DNA from: Lama guanicoe | Taxonomy: Eukaryota | Direction of reading: 5' to 3' | NCBI GenBank assembly: GCA_013239625.1 | Contig: MU056262.1 | Span: forward strand, 8,532,134 to 8,596,133 | Length of the DNA stretch: 64,000 nt | Shown: piece after piece, positions 1 to 12,394 of the stretch | Layout: each line of letters opens with the position of its first letter | Numbering within the stretch: position 1 is the stretch's first letter | Position numbers and translations under genes: made by a program | Notes under the pieces: generated by a model | Told to the model about the DNA's origin: nothing | The model's database searches: none | Seen by the model: only the letters and a program-made list of their open reading frames with translations

Positions 1-179
1 GCAGGTTTCTTCACCCCGTCTTTCTGTGCATCTTAGTTCACAACGTATCTGGAGTGGCAGTAAAGGCAGGTGTATACTAACTTTAGACTGTGAAAGTCAA
101 AGATATGTTGCCATACTGTTTTATATTCTGGTGTTGTATTTTAACAACAAAAAAGGATTTTGAACTTTTTTTAGCTTCT

Positions 180-390
180 CTTTGTAGAGATAGCAGTTAC
201 CCTGGGGACTGAGTAGTGACAAGTAGGGAGCACAAAGAGGAAACTTCCAAGCTTGGTGATACTATATTTCTTGATCTGGGTGATACTATATTTCTTGACA
301 TGGGTGTAACTAATGAAATTTCACTAAGTGAAAATTCATCATGCATGTATTTATGATTTGTACACTCTTCTATACTTTAATAAAAAATAG
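180..390 (+). mobile_element. Old L1 (L1M-type) 3' end fragment
   Basis: Resembles an L1M 3' UTR (GATAGCAGTTACC...TATATTTCTTGATCTGGGTG...TACTTTAATAAAAAA); contains a short internal duplication GGTGATACTATATTTCTTGA. Boundaries approximate. Confidence 0.55.
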
Positions 391-398
391 GCATTAAA

Positions 399-545
399 GG
401 GAGAAGTGTATAGCCAGTGGTAGAGTGCATGCTTAGCATGCACGAGGTTCTGAGTTCAGTCCCCACTACCTCCAGTAAAAAATAAATAAACCTCATTACC
501 TTCCCCCAAGATAAATAAATAAAATAAATTATACTCCCCAAAAGT
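399..545 (+). mobile_element. Camelid tRNA-Ala-derived SINE (Vic-1-like)
   Basis: GGG-start, A-box-like TAGCCAGTGGTAGAG, tRNA-Ala anticodon arm GCATGCTTAGCATGC, B-box-like GAGTTCAGTCCC, then AAATAAACC..ATTACC..CCCC and an A-rich tail; same layout as copies at 4455 and 29029. Confidence 0.8.
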
Positions 546-1639
546 TTTTAAAAGTAGATATTAAAAAATAAAAAATAATCGGATATTTCTTCTATGAAGT
601 GCCTGCCCATTGGATATCTGCTGCCGCGTAGAAGTAGTCCAGTGCCTGTTTACCTGAGAATTTTTCCATGATTTAAAACTGCTGACATGTTAACCCATGG
701 CAGTCCTTCAGGTTATACATCTCTGTAATTCCAGTGCCTTACTTTGGGATTTTGTGATGGAACATTGAGGTTGATAAGGGACAGACTGAGTGCTTTGGTC
801 ATAAATAAACTGGGAAGATACCTGTCTCATCTCTGATAGCAGCTCATACACTCTCTCGGTGTGTCTAGAGACAGCCTTCAGCTTGATTGGCCTCTTAACC
901 TAAAACTGTGATATAGTACCTTTGGCTCTTAATTCAGCTGCATGGTGAACAGGTGCTGAAAGAGATTTTCTCTGTTGTTATCTAGAAATGCTTTCATTTG
1001 GTTAGGTTACATGTTTTGGCAAGTAAATTGTTGTCTTTAATGTCAGAGAATGGGTAAACAATTATTGCTTATTCTACTTTAGGCAGTTTTAGTGCAATTC
1101 AGCAAATCTTATGAGAATTATGTGGAAATTATTTGGAAGTAAAAACAGGCAAAAGACTTTATGTGGTTTTTATATTTGTGTTTTGTATGTTTTTGAAGCC
1201 TTCAATTCTGTGTGATCCAAGAGAAAAATCTCAGCCTCTATTTATTTTAAATTCCCATAGACTTCAGTTTTCAAATCACTTAACTCTGCCAAGACTTATT
1301 TTTATGTAAGGACAAAATAACAAAAATCTGTGTCCACTGGGCCTTCCTGAGGTGTGTTTTGGGTATAGGCAGTAGATGAGAGTGAACCTGGAATATGAAC
1401 TCAGACTAAGAATGAGAATCAGAAGAGGATGAATGAGGGAGGGAGGAAGAGGATGCTAGGTCTGCCTTCTCCCATACTAAGAGAGAACAAGTCTTGCTTT
1501 GGTCTCTATCAGAGGAAATGTAGATTTTATTAAAATTCGTTGTAACCTTGTTTTAGCTTATAAAAATTACTCTTATCTTCAAGATGCAGATTTCTTTATT
1601 TGAAAAGTTCATATAGATAAATTGAGAAGTGATGAGCAG

Positions 1640-1850
1640 CTTTGTTGTAATACCAACAGCAGGAGTGCTTACTATGTGCCAGGCAGTGTACTCCACATTA
1701 TTTGTTTTACACTTGGGTTCTTAAATGCTCTTATAAAATGTATCTCCATTTTGAGGAACTGAGGCTGAAAGAGGATAAGAAGCTTGTATAAAATCACATA
1801 ACTAAAGTGGTAGAGCCTTCCCAATCCTTGCCCAGAAATACAGGTTATTG
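1640..1850 (-). mobile_element. MIR SINE
   Basis: GAGTGCTTACTATGTGCCAGGCA...CCATTTT..GAGGAACTGAGGCT matches the reverse-strand MIR core; approximate ends. Confidence 0.65.
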
Positions 1851-4454
1851 CCACGATCTCTATTATTTTAAAATGCCACTTTATGTTGAAAGTTGTCCTG
1901 AAGTTGTATACTTTATAAGACCTGTATTTTTTCACATGTCTATTAGACCAGCTCTTGAAGTCTGCGTATCTGTCGGTTGTTTATGATTATCTGCTGACCT
2001 TGTTTTTACCTTTTTTATGAGTTTGAAGAAAGTGCATTTCTTTCTCTCATATTAGGACTTAAAATTTCTGCTTTATGTCTCCTCCAGTCTTAGCAATCAG
2101 GAGAAATAGCAATGACTTAGGAGGCTGACATTAATGCTAATTGCAAGTTAAAGTTCATCTTTCTTAAAGTTCCGAATTTGTATTTTCACTGCCACCAGCT
2201 AACTATAAAACCTTGAGGGAATCACTTAACCTTCTTGGTCTCAGACATGTCATCTGTATCAGAGAGTTCAACTGTATAGATACTGTGCTGCTCTTAAATT
2301 CTTTCCTTCTGTGTTCTGATATTTAGCCAAGTGTCAAACATAAAGTGATTTGTACATTATCTGGACATAGGTATGCACTCAATAAATTGGAGCTGTTTTT
2401 AATTATTAGGGCATTTTCTCATGAAGTTTTCTGCAATTTGATGATCTTGGTAATAAAAGAATGGAAATGAACCAAATTTTTTTTGTTTTCATTTGGGTAT
2501 CCCTGCTGTTGGCTACTTCTGCACAGTCCTAACCAATAGGGAAAGCTCCAGTATCTGGTGACTGTTCTTTGTCTTTTCATTTTGGAGACATCCCATGACT
2601 GCCATCTAGAAATTGGATTTGCCCTGTTTCTGGATTATGGTATATTAAAAGAAAAAAAATAGGAGCAACTAGTAGTGAGTGGTCTATAGTAAAATGTCTA
2701 GATTAATTCTTTATAAATATTAAAAACCGATTTGTATTCTGAACAGGCTCATGGGTGTCTGCCTTATAGTAACAACCTATTCTGAAATAACTTAAAACAT
2801 TAAAATCAAGGGCCCATGTGGATTGACTGGAGAGGAAGAAACTAGAAATTACGGACTTTAAAGGCTTTTAGAACAATCAAGTTCAGAGAGTTTCTTTGCC
2901 ATCTTCCTGCTAAAACATGCAGCCTCCATTAGAAAACTACCACAGTAGAAAGCTCTGCTTCCCAAGACAGTTCATCCAGTTGTTGAATTCTGGTCCTGTA
3001 GAAGCTATTTCATTGAACTTAATTCTGTTTCTGTATTTGTCTCCTTCTTATGACAGCCCATACCTTTTCCCTTCTAGCATTAAACTTCCTCCCAGTCTCC
3101 CAGCGCTCTCCTTCTTTCCCTCTTCTGCTCTTATTCTTGCTGTCAGACTTCCCTTATTTTTCCTGTTTTTGATTCTCCTTCAGTATCTTCCTTGACATCT
3201 TCCTCATTCCTTCTTTACAATGTAAATAGAAACTAAAAGCACAAATAAATAGCATAATAACTTTTCTTTATTCCTTTCCAAGCTTTTACCAAAAATATAT
3301 TTTAAACAAATAAACCCATGGCAACTTCTGGCAGCCATGACCAGTAGGGAGAGCACCAGCTGCTGATGACTGTTTTTTGTCACTCATTTGGAGTCACTCA
3401 CTATTACTAAGATAATTTGAAAATTCCTCTTATCCCAAGATAAAAGCTGAAATGCCCTTTTCACAAAGTATTATTGGTAGGTTAGTAGTGATTTATAAAT
3501 ACATAATTAGGATTGATTTTTCTTGGTGTTTCTTCATTGCTCAGCCCCTTTCTAACCTTCATTGACTAAAACCAGAGGCTTATATCACCACCTCTGATTT
3601 TGCAGAATTGATCTGTCCTTGCATTACATTTAGCATTGATTGTTTGGAACATAGATTGTTTTTCTGATCCATATGCATTCCATAGCTCTTTCAGTCTGTA
3701 CCCATGCAGCATAACATTAACCTGACTAGTTCATTGAAAGGAATATGCTAAAATGTAGTCAGCGTGCAGTCTGCAAATCACAAACAGTTAAGATCTGCTT
3801 GGAAAAAATACCAGAATTTGTAAGAAACACCACAGAAGTTAGTGTTGGGTGTTACATGCTTTGTTTGAAAGTGATTAAGTGTCACTGCTGTCTAAACAAT
3901 ATAACCCTCTTGAGAAATGATGACTTAACTGGAGCTTCTGACTAAACTTGATTTTACAGTACAAGTGTGACTTGTTGAGATGTTTCTTTGGAGGTCAGGG
4001 ATGCTCTTTCTCTAGCAACTGTTTTAGCTCTTAAGAATTGAAATCAGGACATTTCAGTTTTTGGTTAAATTTGTTTCCAAAAACTGACAGACAATAGAGA
4101 ATCAATTGATGGTAATAATATACAATTCCATTTAGCTAAAGATTGCACAGATACCAATTACTGGTATACAACAGAGGTGGCCAAAACAAGATCTAGATGA
4201 AAGATGATGGAGGCTTGGACCAGGGTGAGGGTGGTAGAAGTAGTTAGAAGTGGTCAGATTCAGAGGATATATTTAAATGTAGAGCTATCAGAATTGCTCC
4301 TGAGTATGATAGAAAGAGATGTTAAGGGTGACCTCAAAGTTTTTTATCTAAACAACTGGTAAAATGGAGTAAACTGTCGTTGAAGGAACCAGGTTCAGTA
4401 TACAAACAGATGTTTGTACTTGTCTGACATTTGTAGTCACAAAAGAATGCTTAT

Positions 4455-4586
4455 GGGGGGAAGGTATAGCTCAAGGGTAGAGTGAAAACTGAACATACAT
4501 GAGGTCCTGGGTTCAGTCCCCAGTACCTCCATTAAAATAAATAAGTAAACCAAATTACCTCCCCTATTCCCACCCCCCAAAAAACA
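4455..4586 (+). mobile_element. Camelid tRNA-derived SINE (Vic-1-like) with target-site duplication
   Basis: GGGGGGAAGGTATAGCTCAAGGGTAGAG...GAGGTCCTGGGTTCAGTCCCCAGTACCTCC; flanked by direct repeat AATGCTTAT at 4446-4454 and 4587-4595. Confidence 0.85.
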
Positions 4587-5047
4587 AATGCTTATAGAAG
4601 AAACATGCATTGGAATTTGTGAAAGAGACTGAAAGTATGTATTACATGTGGATCAAAGAGGGGCACTATGCTATATTAAAACTTCTATTAAGAGAGAGTG
4701 TCATGTACAGTGTTAGTTCTTAGATGTTCTCTATTAATTTGCCATAAATAGTTTAAATAGAAATGTTTATTCTAAAGTGAAACTTGAAATCTTCAGCGTT
4801 TGTAATTGTCAAGCCTCTTAGTTGTTAAGTATTGTTGAAAAGATGCTTCTGGGTATATATGTGCACCAAGGACTCTAATATCATTTCAATTTTTGCTTTT
4901 GAGACAATACTTTATCCATAGTAATCCTGAATTTTATTTCTTGAGATAGAGATTTTAAAACTCAGTTGGCAGAGATGGAATTCAGTGAGAGATAAAATTC
5001 ACTACTATATATTTTTCAATCATGTAATAAGTAGGCCATGTACTTCT

Positions 5048-5195
5048 GTGTGACTCAGTTTCTTCATCTGTAAAATGGATAAATAGCACCTATGTTATAG
5101 GTGATTGGCAAGGATTAAATTAGTTCATTCATGAAAATTGCTTAGAACAGTGCCCAGCATATATAGTTGGTGCTCAATAAATGCCAACTGTTATT
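5048..5195 (+). mobile_element. MIR SINE 3' half
   Basis: CTCAGTTTCTTCATCTGTAAAATGG...GCTTAGAACAGTGCCCAGCATAT...TGCTCAATAAATG is the canonical MIR core and tail. Confidence 0.75.
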
Positions 5196-5548
5196 AAAAG
5201 GAAAAGTGGGAAAGTTTGCTTCTAAGATGATTGGATGATGTGTTCAAGATAAATCCTTTAGTCCCAAAACTAAACGCAGATTTGTTGTTCTTTTATTCAT
5301 AGTACAGATTTTGATCATGTTCTTTTGAATATAATGAGATTTTTATTCTTGGTTTTTAAGGAAACTTTGGCAAAATATTTCATACATAATTTAAAATGTT
5401 CTTTTTTCCTCTTATATGTAGAAATATTGGCTGAAAAATTTTTAGTTGCAAACTTTTCTTATGTGCTACTGTATCTTACTTTTTATTTATCTAGCACTTT
5501 GGTTTTCAAAACAATTTTGACCCAAAATTGCGATTTTTGTCATTGCAG

Positions 5549-5617
5549 GCAAGAAGACAACAAGACCCTAGTCCTGGTTCCAATTTAGGTGGTGGTGATG
5601 ATATCAAACTTCGTTAA
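5549..5617 (+). CDS. CBFB: Core-binding factor beta, terminal coding exon (upstream exons lie outside the window)
   Basis: Acceptor TTTTGTCATTGCAG|GC at 5548/5549; translates ARRQQDPSPGSNLGGGDDIKLR* (TAA 5615-5617), the C-terminus of the long CBFbeta isoform. The alternative frame gives (G)KKTTRP* (TAG 5569-5571), the short-isoform C-terminus. Confidence 0.95.
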   Translation, partial: ARRQQDPSPGSNLGGGDDIKLR

Positions 5618-6456
5618 TTAGTGGCACAGATGTGCCCCCCCCATCTTTACATATATGTTGTTTCTAGTTGGCAGAAATAATTGATTAAAAGACCAGAAAC
5701 TGTGATAACTGGAGGTACTACGGTCTATTTCTCAACCTTAGGCAGTAACAAGACATCACAAACTGCTATGGTTTTGCACTATGATATAATACCTGCATTT
5801 CTAATTTTGTATGCATGTAGCCAGTAATAATTTGAAATTTGTTTCTATGCAAGCTTACCTTGTTGGCATTATTATAGTGAGTTGAAACTATCCACTTGTA
5901 AAGCTCTTTTTTTCCTCCATTTTAATTTAAAAGTTCATGTCATTTTAAAACAAGTCAAGAAATTAAAATTTTTATCAGAGGGTTTTCCCCCAGTCAGTTG
6001 AGTTTTTTTGTTTTTTTTGTTTGTTTTTGTAATTTTAGACATATTGGTTATACAGCTTCATTTTAGATAAGCATTCTTGGTTTTTTGTTTTGTTTCCCCC
6101 ATTTCCTTTTGTGTTTTTATAGCCTATGTCATTTTAAAACTGCTGATGGTTTGCATTATTTACAAACTAAAAAAACCTGGTAGCAGAGAGCTGTCTGCCA
6201 CAGCCTTCTAACACAAAGTTTACAGTTGTTAAAGTTACAGTATCCTTTTAAATGTTGATAATCAGCTCCTTTTCTTTCCTTTTTAAACATAAAATTTTTT
6301 AATTGGTATTAACTCTAATCTGCCCCAGATCTGTTTTAGATTCTGTTCTGTAATCATGAGTTTGTGTGGAGATATTCTCCATAGATGGTAATGTTCTACT
6401 GAAATACCTAAAAGAAGTCGCAGGCTGGCTTCTGTTTTATTCAGGGATTTTTTTTT

Positions 6457-6612
6457 NNNNNNNNNNNNNNNNNNNNNNNNNNNNNNNNNNNNNNNNNNNN
6501 NNNNNNNNNNNNNNNNNNNNNNNNNNNNNNNNNNNNNNNNNNNNNNNNNNNNNNNNNNNNNNNNNNNNNNNNNNNNNNNNNNNNNNNNNNNNNNNNNNNN
6601 NNNNNNNNNNNN
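6457..6612. other. Assembly gap (156 N)
   Basis: N run in the CBFB 3' UTR. Confidence 0.99.
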
Positions 6613-7793
6613 AAAAACAATGCTGAATGATGAAAGATTTCTTAGAAAATGTTCATCTGTGCAGAGGAAACATTTTCTTCCATTAATTACTCTGGAAAAA
6701 AAAACCACAGGTTATATATATGGTATTTTCCAAAAGGACTATTAATAGAACCTTTTGAGATGAATTAGTATAAGAATATTTTTTAAATAGGCTCACTGTC
6801 AAATTGATTGCAACCTTTTTTTTAATACAAGACTGGAAAAAAGTGCTAAGTCATTTGGCACCTCCTTACAAATATTTTTCATGGTCACATTCACTAAATG
6901 TTAACTACATTTCTGAATTTTTGCAAAAATGTATTTTATCATAATAGAATGACATTATTTTAAAGAGTTTGAAAACTGACATGGTCAATTGAGAAAATGA
7001 ACTGAAGTCTGAATAAGGTCATTGCATTTAAAATGTTTATATATACTTGATAGATGAGGGAGGTGTGACTTTCTTGTATATAGGTCTTATAATTCATAAA
7101 CATATCCTGTGTCTCGGAATAAAAATATTTGTTATATATTTGAAGTCATCATGCATGGTAAGGAGTTGTTTAAAGTGTTATAAACAATAATGCATCATGA
7201 AAGACCATGCTGATCTTGTGTAACTAAGTACTATAAATGAATTTGGTTGGTATTTGGTGTTGTGCAGCTCACATGTTTACACATTTAGTGCCCTAATTTC
7301 CCAAGGGAATCGCCTTTTAAATGGTCCTTACAGTGATGTTTTAAGGTTACTTTATCACAGGGCTCCTTGATTTTTGACTTCTGCACTTAAATTTTTTTAA
7401 TAACTTGATGGTGATGGTACATTTTTCTCTATTTTGTCTAGCTAAGAGCTTTCAGTCCACCAGTAACTAAGATCAGATGTTATTAAGTGTTCATGTTGCC
7501 ACCCTTCTGTAAATACTGAATTTTCCCCGTCATTTAGCACTGTGTTGCTTCCATCTGTCTTAATGCTGGCATTAAGATCATGAGCCCTTTTTCTCCAATA
7601 GTGCAGGCTTTGAAAACTACTTTTATTAAGTTATTGATGCAATTTGATATTTTTCCATAATTATATTTAAACAAAATTACATCATTGCATCATGTTTTCT
7701 AAATTCATCTCCATCAAAACTTGCCTTAAGCTACCAGATTGCTTTTGCCACCATTAGCCATATTGTGTGTTTGTTTGTTTAATTTACTTTCAC

Positions 7794-7799
7794 AATAAA
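7794..7799 (+). terminator. CBFB: CBFB poly(A) signal
   Basis: AATAAA preceded by a U-rich tract and followed by GU/U-rich sequence. Confidence 0.75.
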
Positions 7800-8578
7800 C
7801 TTCTGTGTAGTGAACTTCTGGGTCTTGACTCTTTATTGTCATAATCCAACAATTTCTGTTCTGGTGTTCGTTATGACATAAAAATTGACTTTGTTGTTTC
7901 TGAACTGTTCTTGCATCCTGCTTTTTAGCCTTAAAAAAACCGCTGCCAGCAACAGTGGCATCTAGTGGTCATTTCTGTTAATTCCAAAGAAAATCTTTAA
8001 TGTAAATATCACAAAGAATAGTAATTTCCCAATGTTTATTACACTTTTCAAAAAACCTGGCTTGATTTACCTATTCTGTGAGGGTATGACTCTATAACTA
8101 TAGAGTAGTGACCTTGGAGGAAATGAAGAATTCCAAAAATTGCACATCCAAATAACTTCCATCTTTCAAGCTAGTCATTCTAGGAATATATACCCAATTT
8201 GATTGTGCTGGTGTTATATCAGACATTATTAGGACTTTTCTTGGCATATTCCTACATCTTTTACTTTAGAAGCGTGCCATAAGCTTGATCCGTAAGAAAA
8301 AAAATTACTTATTTATCACCAGACTTACTTCAAATAACAAATACCTTTAAATGCTGAATTCACACTATTAAGAAAAGTTTCAAAGAATAAGATTCATACT
8401 TTGAGGGTTTATTTCAAAAAATTATTTGAGCAGTAGTAGCATCATGGGTTCAGTAAGTATATCACCTCCAGAGATAAGCATTTGGATATGTTAGTTTGGG
8501 GCTGCCTGAGAAAAGAGATAATCTTATTTGATTTATGCCTCATTTGGCACTGCGGAGCTTGTTCAAGTGATAAGCCAC

Positions 8579-9097
8579 TGTATGAATCATCCATTGCTGC
8601 ATAACACATTGCCCCAAAACTTAGCACCTTAATACAATAAACATCTCACAGTTCCTGTGGGTCAAAAATCTGGAAGATGCTAAACCCAGTGGTCTAATCT
8701 GAGGTCTCTTCCGAAGTTAAGAGTCAAGTTGTCAATCTGGGCTACAGTCATCTCAAAGCTTAACCATGGCTGAAAGATCCCCTTCAAAGCCCACTCATTT
8801 GGCCATCGAGTGGCATCATTTTCTTGCAGATCAGTGGATGAAAGCCCTTGACTCTTTGCTAGTTGTTATGGGTAGAGACCTTCTTCATTTCTTTGCCACA
8901 TGGGTGTCTCCAAATGGCAGCTCACAGCTTAGGAGCTGGCTTTCCCCTTGTGGTCCAAGGAAGAGTGCATGCCTAAGATGAAAGTCACATCTTAACCTAA
9001 TCTTGGGCTGCCATATTCCGTATGTTAGAAGTGAATCATGGGGTCAGGCTCACACTGAAAGGGGGGCAACGAGTGTGAACAGGTTTTTAAAACCACA
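8579..9097 (-). mobile_element. MaLR solo LTR (MLT1-like)
   Basis: TGTATG..ATTGCTGCATAACA..CCCCAAAACTTAG..TCTCACAGTTCCTGTGGGTCA...CCACA is typical of reverse-oriented MLT1 LTRs with TG...CA ends. Confidence 0.7.
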
Positions 9098-9534
9098 GCT
9101 ATATTGCCATATAAATATATATCTGAGTATTTACAAGACATCAGTGTTTTGATCTCCCAAACATTCTCTAAAGGTAAGATTTCAGTCTTCTGCAGGCATA
9201 TTTCAAGGCATTATTCCCCCCAGATAGCATCAATTCCCTTTCTTGCATCACCATGGTATAAACATATATGGTATTTCAAAAATGATCCAAGTCTAGAAAA
9301 TATTTTTAGGATGGAACCATGGGTGGAAATGGCAATTTGTTTCATTTAAATTTAGGATACTCTAAAACAGATATGTCACTGTATGAGTCAACTCTCAGCT
9401 TTTGGTTAGAATAGTTTAAGCAACTTGGAGTTAAAGTCATTATTATCCTTATTCAGCTTTCAGAAACATTGGGAAATGTGAGAAGATAAGATAACGGGAG
9501 AAATTTTTGATTAGAGAAGATAAATGTATATCCA

Positions 9535-9965
9535 TGATGTTCAGTAAGGTAGGTGCTAGCCATGTGTGGCAATCAAGCACTTGAAATGTGGCTAGTACAA
9601 CCAAGAAACTGAATTTTTATTTGTTAATTTAAAAACTAAGGCAGGGTTAAATATTTTTCTGTTAAACAAAATGTTGTTTTAGGAGGACTGCATTTCACAC
9701 TGGCTTTTGCAAATTTAGTGTCCAGATTGAGATGAACTGCTAGTGTAAAATACTCACCAGATAACAAAATAGATAACAAAAAATACTTACTTTTTAATTT
9801 TGATTACATATTAAAGTAATATTTTATATACTGAGTTACACTGATACTTGATACATTGGGTTAAAATACATCAAATTTTTTTTTCATTTTTAATGTCGCT
9901 AATAGAAACTTTTTAATTGTGTATACTAGCTCACATCAATATTAAAATTGTAAGTGGGCACAGAT
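9535..9965. mobile_element. hAT-Charlie DNA transposon relic (MER3/MER33-like)
   Basis: CTAGCCATGTGTGGC..AAGCACTTGAAATGTGGCTAGT..AAACTGAATTTTTATT and GAGATG..CT.GTGTAAAATA motifs; approximate ends. Confidence 0.65.
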
Positions 9966-10099
9966 CATACAACCAAAAGGAAAGATAAAGAAAAGGAAAA
10001 TGTTGAGGCTTACTATTACTGTTTAAAAAAAAAGATTAAAACAAAGTATGATATGATTTTATCCCCTAGGATCATTTCGGGTAAAAGTGTATATCCTAT

Positions 10100-10620
10100 G
10101 CCCAAAATAGACATGGTTCCTGCCCTCAGGGAACCTACAGTCTAGCTCAAAAACTAACCAAAGCAGTAACATTTAAGTTATATTGAAAGTTCTGGCTGTT
10201 ATGAGATATGTCTGTTTGGTCTGAGTGGTCAAAAAAAAAGCTTCCTTGAGACATTTGAGCTGAGATCTGGGGGATGGCAGACATTACACCAGCATTGAGA
10301 AGGTGACAAAAATATTACACGTAGCATGGCCAGTTTGAGAAACTAAGTGCAGTTGAGTATGACTGGGACATGGAATGAAAGGGGGCTGCAGCCGTGAGAT
10401 GACTCTGAAAGGGTCAGCACAGGCCAGGGTGAGGTCACAAGCAGTGCTAGATGGATTTTTCCAGCCATGTTAAAATGTTTGGACCATTCCCAAGGGCAAA
10501 CAGTAAGCCACTGATGCATTGTGAGTTTGAGGGAATAGGTGCTTGGTAAAGCTCATTTTTGGTTGATTGGAGAGAACAAGACTAGACGCAGCAAATCAGT
10601 CCCATTGATCCTATGGTGAC
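10100..10620 (-). mobile_element. L2 LINE fragment
   Basis: AGACATGGTTCCTGCCCTCAGGGAACCTACAGTCTAG and GACATTTGAGCTGAGATCTG are reverse-strand L2 3' motifs. Confidence 0.6.
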
Positions 10621-10714
10621 CCAGTAGGGAGATTAAGAGTAGCTTAGTGGGCACAGAAACATTGCAAAAAAGTACAGGAGGCATAACTGACAATTTTCCC
10701 AGTTTCTCTTATCT

Positions 10715-11040
10715 GGATAGGCTGGTTGTGTTGCCTAAAACCCGCCAAATTTTATTGACTTGAAGACTTATCTCTTACTTGCTAAATACCCATCGGTGAT
10801 TGACCTAACCTGACAGAGCCATCACTGGAACATTGCCAGCCATGTGACAGAGTCAAAAAGATAGTGTAATGAAATAGACACTGACTTTTAAAACTGTCAC
10901 CTAAAATTGACACATGAGACTTCTGTTTACATTTCATTGGACCTAGCAAATCACAGGGCCATTTCCAGCTTCAACTGGTCAGGGAACTGCAATCCTACCT
11001 TTTGCCCTGGAAACAGACCATTTGTGAGCAGCTCTAATAC
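10715..11040 (-). mobile_element. Degraded MLT1-type LTR
   Basis: CATTTCATTGG..AAATCACAGGGCCA..CTTCAA..GGGAACTGCAATCCTACC resembles old MLT1 LTRs. Confidence 0.45.
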
Positions 11041-11395
11041 CATCCTTTGAATTATTAAATATTTAATTTTGCTATCCTTCTATCAAGAAAATGTATCTAC
11101 CATGGGAGACAACCTGAAAGTCCTAGCTGGTCGGGCATTGGGCTAAAATTCTAGGGTATCTGGTGATCTGCCATCTACACAGCCAATATACAGTGATGAA
11201 ATAGGGGCAGGAAAAGTGCAGGGAACACTTCCATTCAGAAGGGAAGAATAAAATCATTGATCTTTTATGACATGTCATTGGGGAGACCATTTGAGGGCCC
11301 TCTGCCTTGAAAGGGGAGTGTTCTTTGTAAGGCTGATTGAGAGGGACTCACCAGTTCATCACTTTTCATGACTCACGGCCCCATCCTTGGCCTTT

Positions 11396-11417
11396 TGTGT
11401 GTGTGTGTGTGTGTGTG
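11396..11417. repeat. (TG)11 microsatellite
   Basis: Uninterrupted TG dinucleotide run. Confidence 0.95.
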
Positions 11418-11739
11418 CCTTGACAAGTACAATCAATAGTAATCATGGTACTAAGATTCTGTTTTCCGAGCTGTTCACTGAGGCTTCAAACTTGGTAAAT
11501 CATCACCTAAATTACGACACATGAGTTTTAACAGAGGAGTTGGCATCCTTCCAGCCTCCAGTGTCAGTTTCTCTAGCCACTTTCCTGTCTGAGTGATACC
11601 ACCATCTGTCCAGCTACCCAAAGCTAGAAACCTGTGTTTTTATCCTTGACTTCTTTTCTCCTTCATCTTCTATATCCAATCTGTAGGTCCTGCCAGTGGA
11701 TTCCATCAGTTCTGTCACTGTTAGACTATTTTTTTAATT

Positions 11740-11940
11740 TACACACAAAGCTTTTACCATAACTCAAGACATTCTTACAAGTGCAGTCCTCCTAACAAAT
11801 CTGTGAGGTTACAGTCATTTTAGAAATGAGGAAACTAAGGCATGGAGAAGTTAAGTAACTTGCCAAGGCACAAAATTATAAAGTGGCAGAACTAGGATCA
11901 AATTCCCAATGCATGTGCTTAACCACTCACTATACTCTAA
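11740..11940 (-). mobile_element. MIR SINE
   Basis: CATTTTAGAAATGAGGAAACTAAGGCATGGAGAAGTTAAGTAACTTGCCAAGGCACA core. Confidence 0.7.
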
Positions 11941-12394
11941 CCTGAGGCTGTCCCTGCAAGTATGCCTTGAACTACCTTGATGACTGACTCCCTGAATAGT
12001 CTTAGCAGTCCACCAACAGCCAGTTCAGTGTTTCTGAACACCCCCACCCTGTTTGAGGGAATAGCAGTTGCTGACATTCTCCCAAGTTTTCCTACTCTCC
12101 TGAGGCATCTCCTGCTCCTGCTCTGTATACCAAGCTCTGGGCTCTAGCCTCCTCCCAGACCACCATCCCAAAGCTGTCACTCCTACCCCTGACGAAAACC
12201 TGAGTGGATTATAATTAAGCCCAAGGTTTGGGGATAGCACAATGAGCAAATATAACCATTTGTTGTTGACCGACATTGTTCACAGTAATCTATCTGCCTA
12301 TTAACCCAACAAAGATATTAGTCAATTTCTTAGGGGCCTCCCCAACCTTGTTCTTCCTGGTTCTTGGGTTTCCCAAACTAAAAATCCTTTTTAC

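Larger units (their letters stand above)
5618..7815 (+). other. CBFB: CBFB 3' UTR (AU-rich, ~2.2 kb, contains N-gap 6457-6612)
   Basis: AT-rich stretch with no recognisable interspersed repeats, running from the stop codon to AATAAA 7794-7799; a second AATAAA at 7118-7123 may be a proximal site. Confidence 0.8.

Noticed and set aside
313-339. Quasi-palindrome ATGAAATTTCACT-A-AGTGAAAATTCAT
   Set aside because: Short, AT-rich, one mismatch, inside a decayed L1; no indication of function.
399-475. tRNA-Ala-like sequences at 399, 4455 and 29029 as tRNA genes
   Set aside because: Degenerate stems, shared non-tRNA tail, A-rich ends and TSDs show they are SINE copies.
6283-6708. ORFs spanning N-gaps (also around 31115-31432, 39252-39818, 57859-58349)
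   Set aside because: Length is inflated by X residues; only the HSF4 frame across 58038-58169 is supported.
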